Both the position numbers and the translations under genes were made by a program. Below the pieces are notes generated by a model. It ran no database searches. It worked only from the letters and a program-made list of their open reading frames with translations, and was not told the DNA's origin. From Paramoeba atlantica (lineage: Eukaryota; Protista; Discosea): a stretch of 64,000 bases of DNA. The stretch is from the NCBI GenBank assembly GCA_977017575.1, contig CDRNVI010000071.1:1-64000 (forward strand). The letters run 5' to 3'. This document shows positions 33,901-48,900 of this stretch, one piece after another; the first letter of the stretch is position 1, and every line of letters starts with the position of its first letter.

Positions 33901-36900
33901 TCCGGTTTTCGACTCTGAAGAAATAAGTCGCGAAACCCTGAGATGCGCGGTGTTTCTGTACCCGGTGGTGCGGTTTCTGTCCCTGTAGGTGCGTTGGTCG
34001 TTTTTGGGGTTTGGTCCTTTTTTGAGAGTCTTTTCGCTGCGTGCACCATATTTTCCGATAAGTGTTCCCATGTGATCTCTTCCTCTTTCTTCGCCATTTC
34101 CCACACTGCTTGCTGGAAGGATGCCTTCTTCTCTTCATCTCCAAGTCTTGGGCAGGGTACCTTGCTTTGCCCCCCTGTACCTTTAGAACGCCACTTGATT
34201 TTCACATCCGCCATAACGACGCAGTGTACTGTAGGCACTGGCGCCTTGAGTACTTTGTTCCTCCTAATGCTGGAGGCAAAGCGCTCACTAACCATGATGT
34301 GGTCAAGCTGTCTCCGCACCTTGTTGTCCCCACGCCTTTTGCTACCTCCCTTGTTGCCGATCTCTCCTTTTACATGTATGTACCCGCAGGCCTTGTCCCC
34401 ATTTTCCTCACCTTCCCTGCCCCTCTTCACAATACCGTTGTTATCCGTCCCCTCTGGCTCTGATCCTTTCCTTCCCATTTCCACCTTTCCTTCTTCCCCC
34501 TTCTGCCCCAACTTCTCTGTTCCTACGTTGCGACGGTCCTTTGTCTCCGCCCCCCTGCCCGGCAACTCACATGTCCATTTCCTCTTGCTCGGGCAGAGGG
34601 TGTGTGCTTACTTGCAGCTAATGGAGCACAAGAGGCCTTTCAGCTGAGAGACCGCTGGGGGATCCATGCTCGGATTTGTCACGAGCGTTATCGGTGCATT
34701 GAAATCCCCCATGAACAATAAAGGTCTGCGTTTCCGTTCAGCCTTGACCTCACGACACGCCTTGTCAAAGTCACCCATAAATGCCGCATGAACGGCTTCT
34801 GAGGAGTCCCTTATGGGGGCATAGGCATTGAACAAAGTGCCAGTACCCTCCTCCAGGGGATACTCAGCTCCCATCACCCTGTTGCTCACCATCCAAACCT
34901 TCCGAAACGCATGCCGGCTCACTATGGCCATGCCATTATATGAATCGCGTGCGGCGGCCGACTGCAAATACAGGTGAAACCTATCCCCTAGGTTTTCAAC
35001 CTGCCTGTAGAGGATTCCATCCTCATGTTCTTCCTTCGAGAAATTATATCTTGCCTCCTTTAGGCACATGACAACAACCCACCTTACCTGCATGAAAGCA
35101 AGCACCTCGTTCAAACGGGTGCATCTTCGAATAGAGAATTCATCTTCCCCCTCGAGTTTTAACGTCGTAACGTTAAGCGTTGCAAAGGTTGTGTTCTCCT
35201 TCACAGCGGAACCTTTGAGGTTCTCCGAATCTCGTTGGGCGTGTGTGCCACGCGACGCCCAGTGTGACCGAGGGCGGTGACGGGAGCTCCTTCGTTTTGC
35301 CTTTTCCGGGTTACTCACCTGCACCGCGCAGAGCACGACACCTGTATTCGGTAAGGAGGGAAAGGGGAGAGTCGTGTGCGGCCTCTCCACGTACGGAACA
35401 CGAAATGTACCGGCCAAAGGTTCCTCGAGTTACCGAGGATCCCCCCTGAGTATGCCAGCCTACGCTTTTAAGATAAGACGGCCCCTCACACACGACCTCG
35501 CCCTCCCAAACAAACAGAGTCTCGCAACAGTTGTAGTGTCTCCACGCGACGCGAAGATGAGCCCCAACGCGGACAAACTTACAGAGCGCTCGCACCGCCC
35601 TCTGGCGGAGTTTAGCTGGCCCCTCTCGCTCGGGTGAACGAAAGATGACCCCCAGACTACGCTTGGTGCGCGTAAGGGTTTCAAAAGCCTCTGTCCCCTT
35701 ACACGTGCCGGAAGCATCCGCCATGTTTTTATAATTAGATTACAAAAAACGATGGTCTTACAAAAAACGATGGTCTTACAAAAAACGATGGTCTTACAAA
35801 AGACGATGGTCTTACAAAAAACGAGGGTCTTACAAAAGAAGAAGAAGAAGATACGGAGGGCTCTGCAGCGCCAACCGTTAGAGTCTCAGGTCACCGACCT
35901 TCATCGTCTTGCTTCCCCCTTCCCAGACGGCACTCGACGCCTTGCGGCCCGAGCACGGCTACCCAACCGTAGCTACCAGTACGGGCGTCCACCCCGTTGC
36001 ATCGTGTAGGCTGTGTCTCAAGCCTTCTTTGCGTAAGCGGCTCGCAATTTAGCGGCTGCGCTGGAGCCTGGTTCAGCTCGGCAGTTCTGGGTCGGGTACT
36101 CCAGGGGAGCGGGGTTGGGTGTGGGCCTTGAAGGCACTCCTGATCGCTTTCCCTTGTAGTGAGGCCGCCAGGTTGCGAGTTTTGTCGATAGCGGGAATCG
36201 AACCAACAACCTGCAGGTTGTAAGGCCCACCGTCTACCAACCACGCCCGCAGTTTCCTGACCACAGAATCCCGGGCATACTATGTTTAACGGCGCCATCG
36301 GCAGACTTACCCCCAGTCGCATCATCATCGTGTAGCGAAAAAGATATGGATTGACGTAGTTATTTGTGCTTTCTAAGTGTACATTTGCCTCTTTGCTTCG
36401 ATTAATAATTTTCTTTTTTAGGCTCTTCGTTAAACGAGGTGGTTGTTTTCAACTTAGAATTCACTCATGCTGCGCGCTTCGCGTTGAAAACTACAGCCGC
36501 GTTTAACGAAGAGCCTAAAAAAGAAAATTTAGCCTGGAAAACGGAAAGATTATAGCCAAAAATTGCCGAATTTCGGGTAAAAATGGGGTGATTTTCGCAT
36601 ATTTTTGCTCTCAGAGCACTAAATCCGACATTTGCGCGTGGGAAATCACTCGTAGGCATGAATGAAAGCCTACCGAACGTATTGGGTAGAGAATACGACT
36701 CCAACCATACCATTCTTTCGACCCAAAAATGCCCCTTTAGGTCCGAAAAATACTTTTTCACCATTTTTAGTCAAAAGTGGGTCATTTTGAGGGGCGCACC
36801 ACAGTTTGAAGAAGGGATACCTTGCGAAAACAACTGCGGAGAAAGCTAGTGTAGGTCCCAAACTATCAAAATACAATAGGGGAAACGATTTTGGAAAAAT

Positions 36901-39900
36901 ATTTTTTTTGTCATTTTTTTCGCCAAGTTGAAATTTTTTGCAAAATTTTTTTTCCGAAAAAATCCCAACTTGGCGGACCCGTTCTGCGGATACGCGGGGG
37001 GGTCACCCCCGGGTAGGGGGGTGGAAAATGCGCGCCAAGACCCCGGCTACCCTTTCTGCGGTTTTTTTTCGAAAACTAATTTTTTCGAAAAAAATTGCTC
37101 GACCATGACCCCCCCAAAGAAATCTTTAACAATGTTAAGAGTTTCCCTTGTCGACGAGGTCTGGATGCAAAGAGTTTCCCTGTACAAACGGCAAATTCTA
37201 CGTAGCGTACGCCACGGATTAGAACGGTTTCGCCGCAGACCTGCTTCAATTTCGGCGCTTTCTTGCCCAATCTGCGCCTCAATTTCTTCTCCGTTCTCTT
37301 TTAGCACTTCCTTGAAGTGGTCCGGTTTTCGACTCTGAAGAAATAAGTCGCGAAACCCTGAGATGCGCGGTGTTTCTGTACCCGGTGGTGCGGTTTCTGT
37401 CCCTGTAGGTGCGTTGGTCGTTTTTGGGGTTTGGTCCTTTTTTGAGAGTCTTTTCGCTGCGTGCACCATATTTTCCGATAAGTGTTCCCATGTGATCTCT
37501 TCCTCTTTCTTCGCCATTTCCCACACTGCTTGCTGGAAGGATGCCTTCTTCTCTTCATCTCCAAGTCTTGGGCAGGGTACCTTGCTTTGCCCCCCTGTAC
37601 CTTTAGAACGCCACTTGATTTTCACATCAGCCATAACGACGCAGTGTACTGTAGGCACTGGCGCCTTGAGTACTTTGTGCCTCCTAATGCTGGAGGCAAA
37701 GCGCTCACTAACCATGATGTGGTCAAGCTGTCTCCGCACCTTGTTGTCCCCACGCCTTTTGCTACCTCCCTTGTTGCCGATCTCTCCTTTTACATGTATG
37801 TACTCGCAGGCCTTGTCCCCATTTTCCTCACCTTCCCTGCCCCTCTTCACAATACCGTTGTTATCCGTCCCCTCTGGCTCTGATCCTTTCCTTCCCATTT
37901 CCACCTTTCCTTCTTCCCCCTTCTGCCCCAACTTCTCTGTTCCTACGTTGCGACGGTCCTTTGTCTCCGCCCCCCTGCCCGGCAACTCAAATGTCCATTT
38001 CCTCTTGCTCGGGCAGAGGGTGTGTGCTTACTTGCAGCTAATGGAGCACAAGAGGCCTTTCAGCTGAGAGACCGCTGGGGGATCCATGCTCGGATTTGTC
38101 ACGAGCGTTATCGGTGCATTGAAATCCCCCATGAACAATAAAGGTCTGCGTTTCCGTTCAGCCTTGACCTCACGACACGCCTTGTCAAAGTCACCCATAA
38201 ATGCCGCATGAACGGCTTCTGAGGAGTCCCTTATGGGGGCATAGGCATTGAACAAAGTGCCAGTACCCTCCTCCAGGGGATACTCAGCTCCCATCACCCT
38301 GTTGCTCACCATCCAAACCTTCCGAAACGCATGCCGGCTCACTATGGCCATGCCATTATATGAATCGCGTGCGGCGGCCGACTGCAAATACAGGTGAAAC
38401 CTATCCCCTAGGTTTTCAACCTGCCTGTAGAGGATTCCATCCTCATGTTCTTCCTTCGAGAAATTATATTTTGCCTCCTTTAGGCACATGACAACAACCC
38501 ACCTTACCTGCATGAAAGCGAGCACCTCGTTCAAACGGGTGCATCTTCGAAGAGAGAATTCATCTTCCCCCTCGAGTTTTAACGTCGTAACGTTAAGCGT
38601 TGCAAAGGTTGTGTTCTCCTTCACAGCGGAACCTTTGAGGTTCTCCGAATCTCGTTGGGCGTGTGTGCCACGCGACGCCCAGTGTGACCGAGGGCGGTGA
38701 CGGGAGCTCCTTCGTTTTGCCTTTTCCGGGTTACTCACCTGCACCGCGCAGAGCACGACACCTGTATTCGGTAAGGAGGGAAAGGGGAGAGTCGTGTGCG
38801 GCCTCTCCACGTACGGAACACGAAATGTACCGGCCAAAGGTTCCTCGAGTTACCGAGGATCCCCCCTGAGTATGCCAGCCTACGCTTTTAAGATAAGACG
38901 GCCCCTCACACACGACCTCGCCCTCCCAAACAAACAGAGTCTCGCAACAGTTGTAGTGTCTCCACGCGACGCGAAGATGAGCCCCAACGCGGACAAACTT
39001 ACAGAGCGCTCGCACCGCCCTCTGGCGGAGTTTAGCTGGCCCCTCTCGCTCGGGTGAACGAAAGATGACCCCCCGACTACGCTTGGTGCGTGTAAGGGTT
39101 TCAAAAGCCTCTGTCCCCTTACACGTGCCGGAAGCATCCGCCATGTTTTTATAATTAGATTACAAAAAACGATGGTCTTACAAAAAACGATGGTCTTACA
39201 AAAAACGATGGTCTTACAAAAGACGATGGTCTTACAAAAAACGATGGTCTTACAAAAGAAGAAGAAGAAGACACGGAGGGCTCTGCAGCGCCAACCGTTA
39301 GAGTCTCAGGTCACCGACCTTCATCGTCTTGCTTCCCCCTTCCCAGACGGCACTCGACGCCTTGCGGCCCGAGCACGGCTACCCAACCGTAGCTACCAGT
39401 ACGGGCGTCCACCCCGTTGCATCGTGTAGGCTGTGTCTCAAGCCTTCTTTGCGTAAGCGGCTCGCAATTTAGCGGCTGCGCTGGAGCCTGGTTCAGCTCG
39501 GCAGTTCTGGGTCGGGTACTCCAGGGGAGCGGGGTTGGGTGTGGGCCTTGAAGGCACTCCTGATCGCTTTCCCTTGTAGTGAGGCCGCCAGGTTGCGAGT
39601 TTTGTCGATAGCGGGAATCGAACCAACAACCTGCAGGTTGTAAGGCCCACCGTCTACCAACCACGCCCGCAGTTTCCTGACCACAGAATCCCGGGCATAC
39701 TATGTTTAACGGCGCCATCGGCAGACTTACCCCCAGTCGCATCATCATCGTGTAGCGAAAAAGATATGGATTGACGTAGTTATTTGTGCTTTCTAAGTGT
39801 ACATTTGCCTCTTTGCTTCGATTAATAATTTTCTTTTTTAGGCTCTTCGTTAAACGCGGTGGTTGTTTTCAACTTAGAAGTCACTCATGCTGCGCGCTTC

Positions 39901-42900
39901 GCGTTGAAAACTACCGCCGCGTTTAACGAAGAGCCTAAAAAAGAAAATTTAGCCTGGAAAACGGAAAGATTATAGCCAAAAATTGCCGAATTTCGGGTAA
40001 AAATGGGGTAATTTTCGCGTATTTTTGCTCTCAGAGCACTAAATCCGACATTTGCGCGTGGGAAATCACTCGTAGGCATGAATGAAAGCCTACCGAACGT
40101 ATTGGGTAGAGAATACGACTCCAACCATACCATTCTTTCGACACAAAAATGCCCCTTTAGGTCCGAAAAATACTTTTTCACCATTTTTAGTCAAAAGTGG
40201 GTCATTTTGAGGGGCGCACCACAGTTTGAAGAAGGGATACCTTGCGAAAACAACTGCGGAGAAAGCTAGTGTAGGTCCCAAACTATCAAAATACAATAGG
40301 GGAAACGATTTTGGAAAAATATTTTTTTTGTCATTTTTTTCGCCAAGTTGAAATTTTTTGCAAAATTTTTTTTCCGAAAAAATCCCAACTTGGCGGACCC
40401 GTTCTGCGGATACGCGGGGGGGTCACCCCCGGGTAGGGGGGTGGAAAATGCGCGCCAAGACCCCGGCTACCTTTTCTGCGGTTTTTTTTCGAAAACTAAT
40501 TTTTTCGAAAAAAATTGCTCGACCATGACCCCCCCAAAGAAATCTTTAACAATGTTAAGAGTTTCCCTTGTCGACGAGGTCTGGATGCAAAGAGTTTCCC
40601 TGTACAAACGGCAAATTCTACGTAGCGTACGCCACGGATTAGAACGGTTTCGCCGCAGACCTGCTTCAATTTCGGCGCTTTCTTGCCCAATCTGCGCCTC
40701 AATTTCTTCTCCGTGCTCTTTTAGCACTTCCTTGAAGTGGTCCGGTTTTCGACTCTGAAGAAATAAGTCGCGAAACCCTGAGATGCGCGGTGTTTCTGTA
40801 CCCGGTGGTGCGGTTTCTGTCCCTGTAGGTGCGTTGGTCGTTTTTGGGGTTTGGTCCTTTTTTGAGAGTCTTTTCGCTGCGTGCACCATATTTTCCGATA
40901 AGTGTTCCCATGTGATCTCTTCCTCTTTCTTCGCCATTTCCCACACTGCTTGCTGGAAGGATGCCTTCTTCTCTTCATCTCCAAGTCTTGGGCAGGGTAC
41001 CTTGCTTTGCCCCCCTGTACCTTTAGAACGCCACTTGATTTTCACATCAGCCATAACGACGCAGTGTACTGTAGGCACTGGCGCCTTGAGTACTTTGTGC
41101 CTCCTAATGCTGGAGGCAAAGCGCTCACTAACCATGATGTGGTCAAGCTGTCTCCGCACCTTGTTGTCCCCACGCCTTTTGCTACCTCCCTTGTTGCCGA
41201 TCTCTCCTTTTACATGTATGTACTCGCAGGCCTTGTCCCCATTTTCCTCACCTTCCCTGCCCCTCTTCACAATACCGTTGTTATCCGTCCCCTCTGGCTC
41301 TGATCCTTTCCTTCCCATTTCCACCTTTCCTTCTTCCCCCTTCTGCCCCAACTTCTCTGTTCCTACGTTGCGACGGTCCTTTGTCTCCGCCCCCCTGCCC
41401 GGCAACTCAAATGTCCATTTCCTCTTGCTCGGGCAGAGGGTGTGTGCTTACTTGCAGCTAATGGAGCACAAGAGGCCTTTCAGCTGAGAGACCGCTGGGG
41501 GATCCATGCTCGGATTTGTCACGAGCGTTATCGGTGCATTGAAATCCCCCATGAACAATAAAGGTCTGCGTTTCCGTTCAGCCTTGACCTCACGACACGC
41601 CTTGTCAAAGTCACCCATAAATGCCGCATGAACGGCTTCTGAGGAGTCCCTTATGGGGGCATAGGCATTGAACAAAGTGCCAGTACCCTCCTCCAGGGGA
41701 TACTCAGCTCCCATCACCCTGTTGCTCACCATCCAAACCTTCCGAAACGCATGCCGGCTCACTATGGCCATGCCATTATATGAATCGCGTGCGGCGGCCG
41801 ACTGCAAATACAGGTGAAACCTATCCCCTAGGTTTTCAACCTGCCTGTAGAGGATTCCATCCTCATGTTCTTCCTTCGAGAAATTATATTTTGCCTCCTT
41901 TAGGCACATGACAACAACCCACCTTACCTGCATGAAAGCGAGCACCTCGTTCAAACGGGTGCATCTTCGAAGAGAGAATTCATCTTCCCCCTCGAGTTTT
42001 AACGTCGTAACGTTAAGCGTTGCAAAGGTTGTGTTCTCCTTCACAGCGGAACCTTTGAGGTTCTCCGAATCTCGTTGGGCGTGTGTGCCACGCGACGCCC
42101 AGTGTGACCGAGGGCGGTGACGGGAGCTCCTTCGTTTTGCCTTTTCCGGGTTACTCACCTGCACCGCGCAGAGCACGACACCTGTATTCGGTAAGGAGGG
42201 AAAGGGGAGAGTCGTGTGCGGCCTCTCCACGTACGGAACACGAAATGTACCGGCCAAAGGTTCCTCGAGTTACCGAGGATCCCCCCTGAGTATGCCAGCC
42301 TACGCTTTTAAGATAAGACGGCCCCTCACACACGACCTCGCCCTCCCAAACAAACAGAGTCTCGCAACAGTTGTAGTGTCTCCACGCGACGCGAAGATGA
42401 GCCCCAACGCGGACAAACTTACAGAGCGCTCGCACCGCCCTCTGGCGGAGTTTAGCTGGCCCCTCTCGCTCGGGTGAACGAAAGATGACCCCCCGACTAC
42501 GCTTGGTGCGTGTAAGGGTTTCAAAAGCCTCTGTCCCCTTACACGTGCCGGAAGCATCCGCCATGTTTTTATAATTAGATTACAAAAAACGATGGTCTTA
42601 CAAAAAACGATGGTCTTACAAAAAACGATGGTCTTACAAAAGACGATGGTCTTACAAAAAACGAGGGTCTTACAAAAGAAGAAGAAGAAGACACGGAGGG
42701 CTCTGCAGCGCCAACCGTTAGAGTCTCAGGTCACCGACCTTCATCGTCTTGCTTCCCCCTTCCCAGACGGCACTCGACGCCTTGCGGCCCGAGCACGGCT
42801 ACCCAACCGTAGCTACCAGTACGGGCGTCCACCCCGTTGCATCGTGTAGGCTGTGTCTCAAGCCTTATTTGCGTAAGCGGCTCGCAATTTAGCGGCTGCG

Positions 42901-45900
42901 CTGGAGCCTGGTTCAGCTCGGCAGTTCTGGGTCGGGTACTCCAGGGGAGCGGGGTTGGGTGTGGGCCTTGAAGGCACTCCTGATCGCTTTCCCTTGTAGT
43001 GAGGCCGCCAGGTTGCGAGTTTTGTCGATAGCGGGAATCGAACCAACAACCTGCAGGTTGTAAGGCCCACCGTCTACCAACCACGCCCGCAGTTTCCTGA
43101 CCACAGAATCCCGGGCATACTATGTTTAACGGCGCCATCGGCAGACTTACCCCCAGTCGCATCATCATCGTGTAGCGAAAAAGATATGGATTGACGTAGT
43201 TATTTGTGCTTTCTAAGTGTACATTTGCCTCTTTGCTTCGATTAATAATTTTCTTTTTTAGGCTCTTCGTTAAACGCGGTGGTTGTTTTCAACTTAGAAG
43301 TCACTCATGCTGCGCGCTTCGCGTTGAAAACTACCGCCGCGTTTAACGAAGAGCCTAAAAAAGAAAATTTAGCCTGGAAAACGGAAAGATTATAGCCAAA
43401 AATTGCCGAATTTCGGGTAAAAATGGGGTAATTTTCGCGTATTTTTGCTCTCAGAGCACTAAATCCGACATTTGCGCGTGGGAAATCACTCGTAGGCATG
43501 AATGAAAGCCTACCGAACGTATTGGGTAGAGAATACGACTCCAACCATACCATTCTTTCGACACAAAAATGCCCCTTTAGGTCCGAAAAATACTTTTTCA
43601 CCATTTTTAGTCAAAAGTGGGTCATTTTGAGGGGCGCACCACAGTTTGAAGAAGGGATACCTTGCGAAAACAACTGCGGAGAAAGCTAGTGTAGGTCCCA
43701 AACTATCAAAATACAATAGGGGAAACGATTTTGGAAAAATATTTTTTTTGTCATTTTTTTCGCCAAGTTGAAATTTTTTGCAAAATTTTTTTTCCGAAAA
43801 AATCCCAACTTGGCGGACCCGTTCTGCGGATACGCGGGGGGGTCACCCCCGGGTAGGGGGGTGGAAAATGCGCGCCAAGACCCCGGCTACCTTTTCTGCG
43901 GTTTTTTTTCGAAAACTAATTTTTTCGAAAAAAATTGCTCGACCATGACCCCCCCAAAGAAATCTTTAACAATGTTAAGAGTTTCCCTTGTCGACGAGGT
44001 CTGGATGCAAAGAGTTTCCCTGTACAAACGGCAAATTCTACGTAGCGTACGCCACGGATTAGAACGGTTTCGCCGCAGACCTGCTTCAATTTCGGCGCTT
44101 TCTTGCCCAATCTGCGCCTCAATTTCTTCTCCGTGCTCTTTTAGCACTTCCTTGAAGTGGTCCGGTTTTCGACTCTGAAGAAATAAGTCGCGAAACCCTG
44201 AGATGCGCGGTGTTTCTGTACCCGGTGGTGCGGTTTCTGTCCCTGTAGGTGCGTTGGTCGTTTTTGGGGTTTGGTCCTTTTTTGAGAGTCTTTTCGCTGC
44301 GTGCACCATATTTTCCGATAAGTGTTCCCATGTGATCTCTTCCTCTTTCTTCGCCATTTCCCACACTGCTTGCTGGAAGGATGCCTTCTTCTCTTCATCT
44401 CCAAGTCTTGGGCAGGGTACCTTGCTTTGCCCCCCTGTACCTTTAGAACGCCACTTGATTTTCACATCAGCCATAACGACGCAGTGTACTGTAGGCACTG
44501 GCGCCTTGAGTACTTTGTGCCTCCTAATGCTGGAGGCAAAGCGCTCACTAACCATGATGTGGTCAAGCTGTCTCCGCACCTTGTTGTCCCCACGCCTTTT
44601 GCTACCTCCCTTGTTGCCGATCTCTCCTTTTACATGTATGTACTCGCAGGCCTTGTCCCCATTTTCCTCACCTTCCCTGCCCCTCTTCACAATACCGTTG
44701 TTATCCGTCCCCTCTGGCTCTGATCCTTTCCTTCCCATTTCCACCTTTCCTTCTTCCCCCTTCTGCCCCAACTTCTCTGTTCCTACGTTGCGACGGTCCT
44801 TTGTCTCCGCCCCCCTGCCCGGCAACTCAAATGTCCATTTCCTCTTGCTCGGGCAGAGGGTGTGTGCTTACTTGCAGCTAATGGAGCACAAGAGGCCTTT
44901 CAGCTGAGAGACCGCTGGGGGATCCATGCTCGGATTTGTCACGAGCGTTATCGGTGCATTGAAATCCCCCATGAACAATAAAGGTCTGCGTTTCCGTTCA
45001 GCCTTGACCTCACGACACGCCTTGTCAAAGTCACCCATAAATGCCGCATGAACGGCTTCTGAGGAGTCCCTTATGGGGGCATAGGCATTGAACAAAGTGC
45101 CAGTACCCTCCTCCAGGGGATACTCAGCTCCCATCACCCTGTTGCTCACCATCCAAACCTTCCGAAACGCATGCCGGCTCACTATGGCCATGCCATTATA
45201 TGAATCGCGTGCGGCGGCCGACTGCAAATACAGGTGAAACCTATCCCCTAGGTTTTCAACCTGCCTGTAGAGGATTCCATCCTCATGTTCTTCCTTCGAG
45301 AAATTATATTTTGCCTCCTTTAGGCACATAACAACAACCCACCTTACCTGCATGAAAGCAAGCACCTCGTTCAAACGGGTGCATCTTCGAAGAGAGAATT
45401 CATCTTCCCCCTCGAGTTTTAACGTCGTAACGTTAAGCGTTGCAAAGGTTGTGTTCTCCTTCACAGCGGAACCTTTGAGGTTCTCCGAATCTCGTTGGGC
45501 GTGTGTGCCACGCGACGCCCAGTGTGACCGAGGGCGGTGACGGGAGCTCCTTCGTTTTGCCTTTTCCGGGTTACTCACCTGCACCGCGCAGAGCACGACA
45601 CCTGTATTCGGTAAGGAGGGAAAGGGGAGAGTCGTGTGCGGCCTCTCCACGTACGGAACACGAAATGTACCGGCCAAAGGTTCCTCGAGTTACCGAGGAT
45701 CCCCCCTGAGTATGCCAGCCTACGCTTTTAAGATAAGACGGCCCCTCACACACGACCTCGCCCTCCCAAACAAACAGAGTCTCGCAACAGTTGTAGTGTC
45801 TCCACGCGACGCGAAGATGAGCCCCAACGCGGACAAACTTACAGAGCGCTCGCACCGCCCTCTGGCGGAGTTTAGCTGGCCCCTCTCGCTCGGGTGAACG

Positions 45901-48900
45901 AAAGATGACCCCCCGACTACGCTTGGTGCGTGTAAGGGTTTCAAAAGCCTCTGTCCCCTTACACGTGCCGGAAGCATCCGCCATGTTTTTATAATTAGAT
46001 TACAAAAAACGATGGTCTTACAAAAAACGATGGTCTTACAAAAAACGATGGTCTTACAAAAGACGATGGTCTTACAAAAAACGAGGGTCTTACAAAAGAA
46101 GAAGAAGAAGATACGGAGGGCTCTGCAGCGCCAACCGTTAGAGTCTCAGGTCACCGACCTTCATCGTCTTGCTTCCCCCTTCCCAGACGGCACTCGACGC
46201 CTTGCGGCCCGAGCACGGCTACCCAACCGTAGCTACCAGTACGGGCGTCCACCCCGTTGCATCGTGTAGGCTGTGTCTCAAGCCTTCTTTGCGTAAGCGG
46301 CTCGCAATTTAGCGGCTGCGCTGGAGCCTGGTTCAGCTCGGCAGTTCTGGGTCGGGTACTCCAGGGGAGCGGTGTTGGGTGTGGGCCTTGAAGGCACTCC
46401 TGATCGCTTTCCCTTGTAGTGAGGCCGCCAGGTTGCGAGTTTTGTCGATAGCGGGAATCGAACCAACAACCTGCAGGTTGTAAGGCCCACCGTCTACCAA
46501 CCACGCCCGCAGTTTCCTGACCACAGAATCCCGGGCATACTATGTTTAACGGCGCCATCGGCAGACTTACCCCCAGTCGCATCATCATCGTGTAGCGAAA
46601 AAGATATGGATTGACGTAGTTATTTGTGCTTTCTAAGTGTACATTTGCCTCTTTGCTTCGATTAATAATTTTCTTTTTTAGGCTCTTCGTTAAACGCGGT
46701 GGTTGTTTTCAACTTAGAAGTCACTCATGCTGCGCGCTTCGCGTTGAAAACTACCGCCGCGTTTAACGAAGAGCCTAAAAAAGAAAATTTAGCCTGGAAA
46801 ACGGAAAGATTATAGCCAAAAATTGCCGAATTTCGGGTAAAAATGGGGTAATTTTCGCGTATTTTTGCTCTCAGAGCACTAAATCCGACATTTGCGCGTG
46901 GGAAATCACTCGTAGGCATGAATGAAAGCCTACCGAACGTATTGGGTAGAGAATACGACTCCAACCATACCATTCTTTCGACACAAAAATGCCCCTTTAG
47001 GTCCGAAAAATACTTTTTCACCATTTTTAGTCAAAAGTGGGTCATTTTGAGGGGCGCACCACAGTTTGAAGAAGGGATACCTTGCGAAAACAACTGCGGA
47101 GAAAGCTAGTGTAGGTCCCAAACTATCAAAATACAATAGGGGAAACGATTTTGGAAAAATATTTTTTTTGTCATTTTTTTCGCCAAGTTGAAATTTTTTG
47201 CAAAATTTTTTTTCCGAAAAAATCCCAACTTGGCGGACCCGTTCTGCGGATACGCGGGGGGGTCACCCCCGGGTAGGGGGGTGGAAAATGCGCGCCAAGA
47301 CCCCGGCTACCTTTTCTGCGGTTTTTTTTCGAAAACTAATTTTTTCGAAAAAAATTGCTCGACCATGACCCCCCCAAAGAAATCTTTAACAATGTTAAGA
47401 GTTTCCCTTGTCGACGAGGTCTGGATGCAAAGAGTTTCCCTGTACAAACGGCAAATTCTACGTAGCGTACGCCACGGATTAGAACGGTTTCGCCGCAGAC
47501 ATGCTTCAATTTCGGCGCTTTCTTGCCCAATCTGCGCCTCAATTTCTTCTCCGTGCTCTTTTAGCACTTCCTTGAAGTGGTCCGGTTTTCGACTCTGAAG
47601 AAATAAGTCGCGAAACCCTGAGATGCGCGGTGTTTCTGTACCCGGTGGTGCGGTTTCTGTCCCTGTAGATGCGTTGGTCGTTTTTGGGGTTTGGTCCTTT
47701 TTTGAGAGTCTTTTCGCTGCGTGCACCATATTTTCCGATAAGTGTTCCCATGTGATCTCTTCCTCTTTCTTCGCCATTTCCCACACTGCTTGCTGGAAGG
47801 ATGCCTTCTTCTCTTCATCTCCAAGTCTTGGGCAGGGTACCTTGCTTTGCCCCCCTGTACCTTTAGAACGCCACTTGATTTTCACATCAGCCATAACGAC
47901 GCAGTGTACTGTAGGCACTGGCGCCTTGAGTACTTTGTGCCTCCTAATGCTGGAGGCAAAGCGCTCACTAACCATGATGTGGTCAAGCTGTCTCCGCACC
48001 TTGTTGTCCCCACGCCTTTTGCTACCTCCCTTGTTGCCGATCTCTCCTTTTACATGTATGTACTCGCAGGCCTTGTCCCCATTTTCCTCACCTTCCCTGC
48101 CCCTCTTCACAATACCGTTGTTATCCGTCCCCTCTGGCTCTGATCCTTTCCTTCCCATTTCCACCTTTCCTTCTTCCCCCTTCTGCCCCAACTTCTCTGT
48201 TCCTACGTTGCGACGGTCCTTTGTCTCCGCCCCCCTGCCCGGCAACTCAAATGTCCATTTCCTCTTGCTCGGGCAGAGGGTGTGTGCTTACTTGCAGCTA
48301 ATGGAGCACAAGAGGCCTTTCAGCTGAGAGACCGCTGGGGGATCCATGCTCGGATTTGTCACGAGCGTTATCGGTGCATTGAAATCCCCCATGAACAATA
48401 AAGGTCTGCGTTTCCGTTCAGCCTTGACCTCACGACACGCCTTGTCAAAGTCACCCATAAATGCCGCATGAACGGCTTCTGAGGAGTCCCTTATGGGGGA
48501 ATAGGCATTGAACAAAGTGCCAGTACCCTCCTCCAGGGGATACTCAGCTCCCATCACCCTGTTGCTCACCATCCAAACCTTCCGAAACGCATGCCGGCTC
48601 ACTATGGCCATGCCATTATATGAATCGCGTGCGGCGGCCGACTGCAAATACAGGTGAAACCTATCCCCTAGGTTTTCAACCTGCCTGTAGAGGATTCCAT
48701 CCTCATGTTCTTCCTTCGAGAAATTATATTTTGCCTCCTTTAGGCACATGACAACAACCCACCTTACCTGCATGAAAGCGAGCACCTCGTTCAAACGGGT
48801 GCATCTTCGAAGAGAGAATTCATCTTCCCCCTCGAGTTTTAACGTCGTAACGTTAAGCGTTGCAAAGGTTGTGTTCTCCTTCACAGCGGAACCTTTGAGG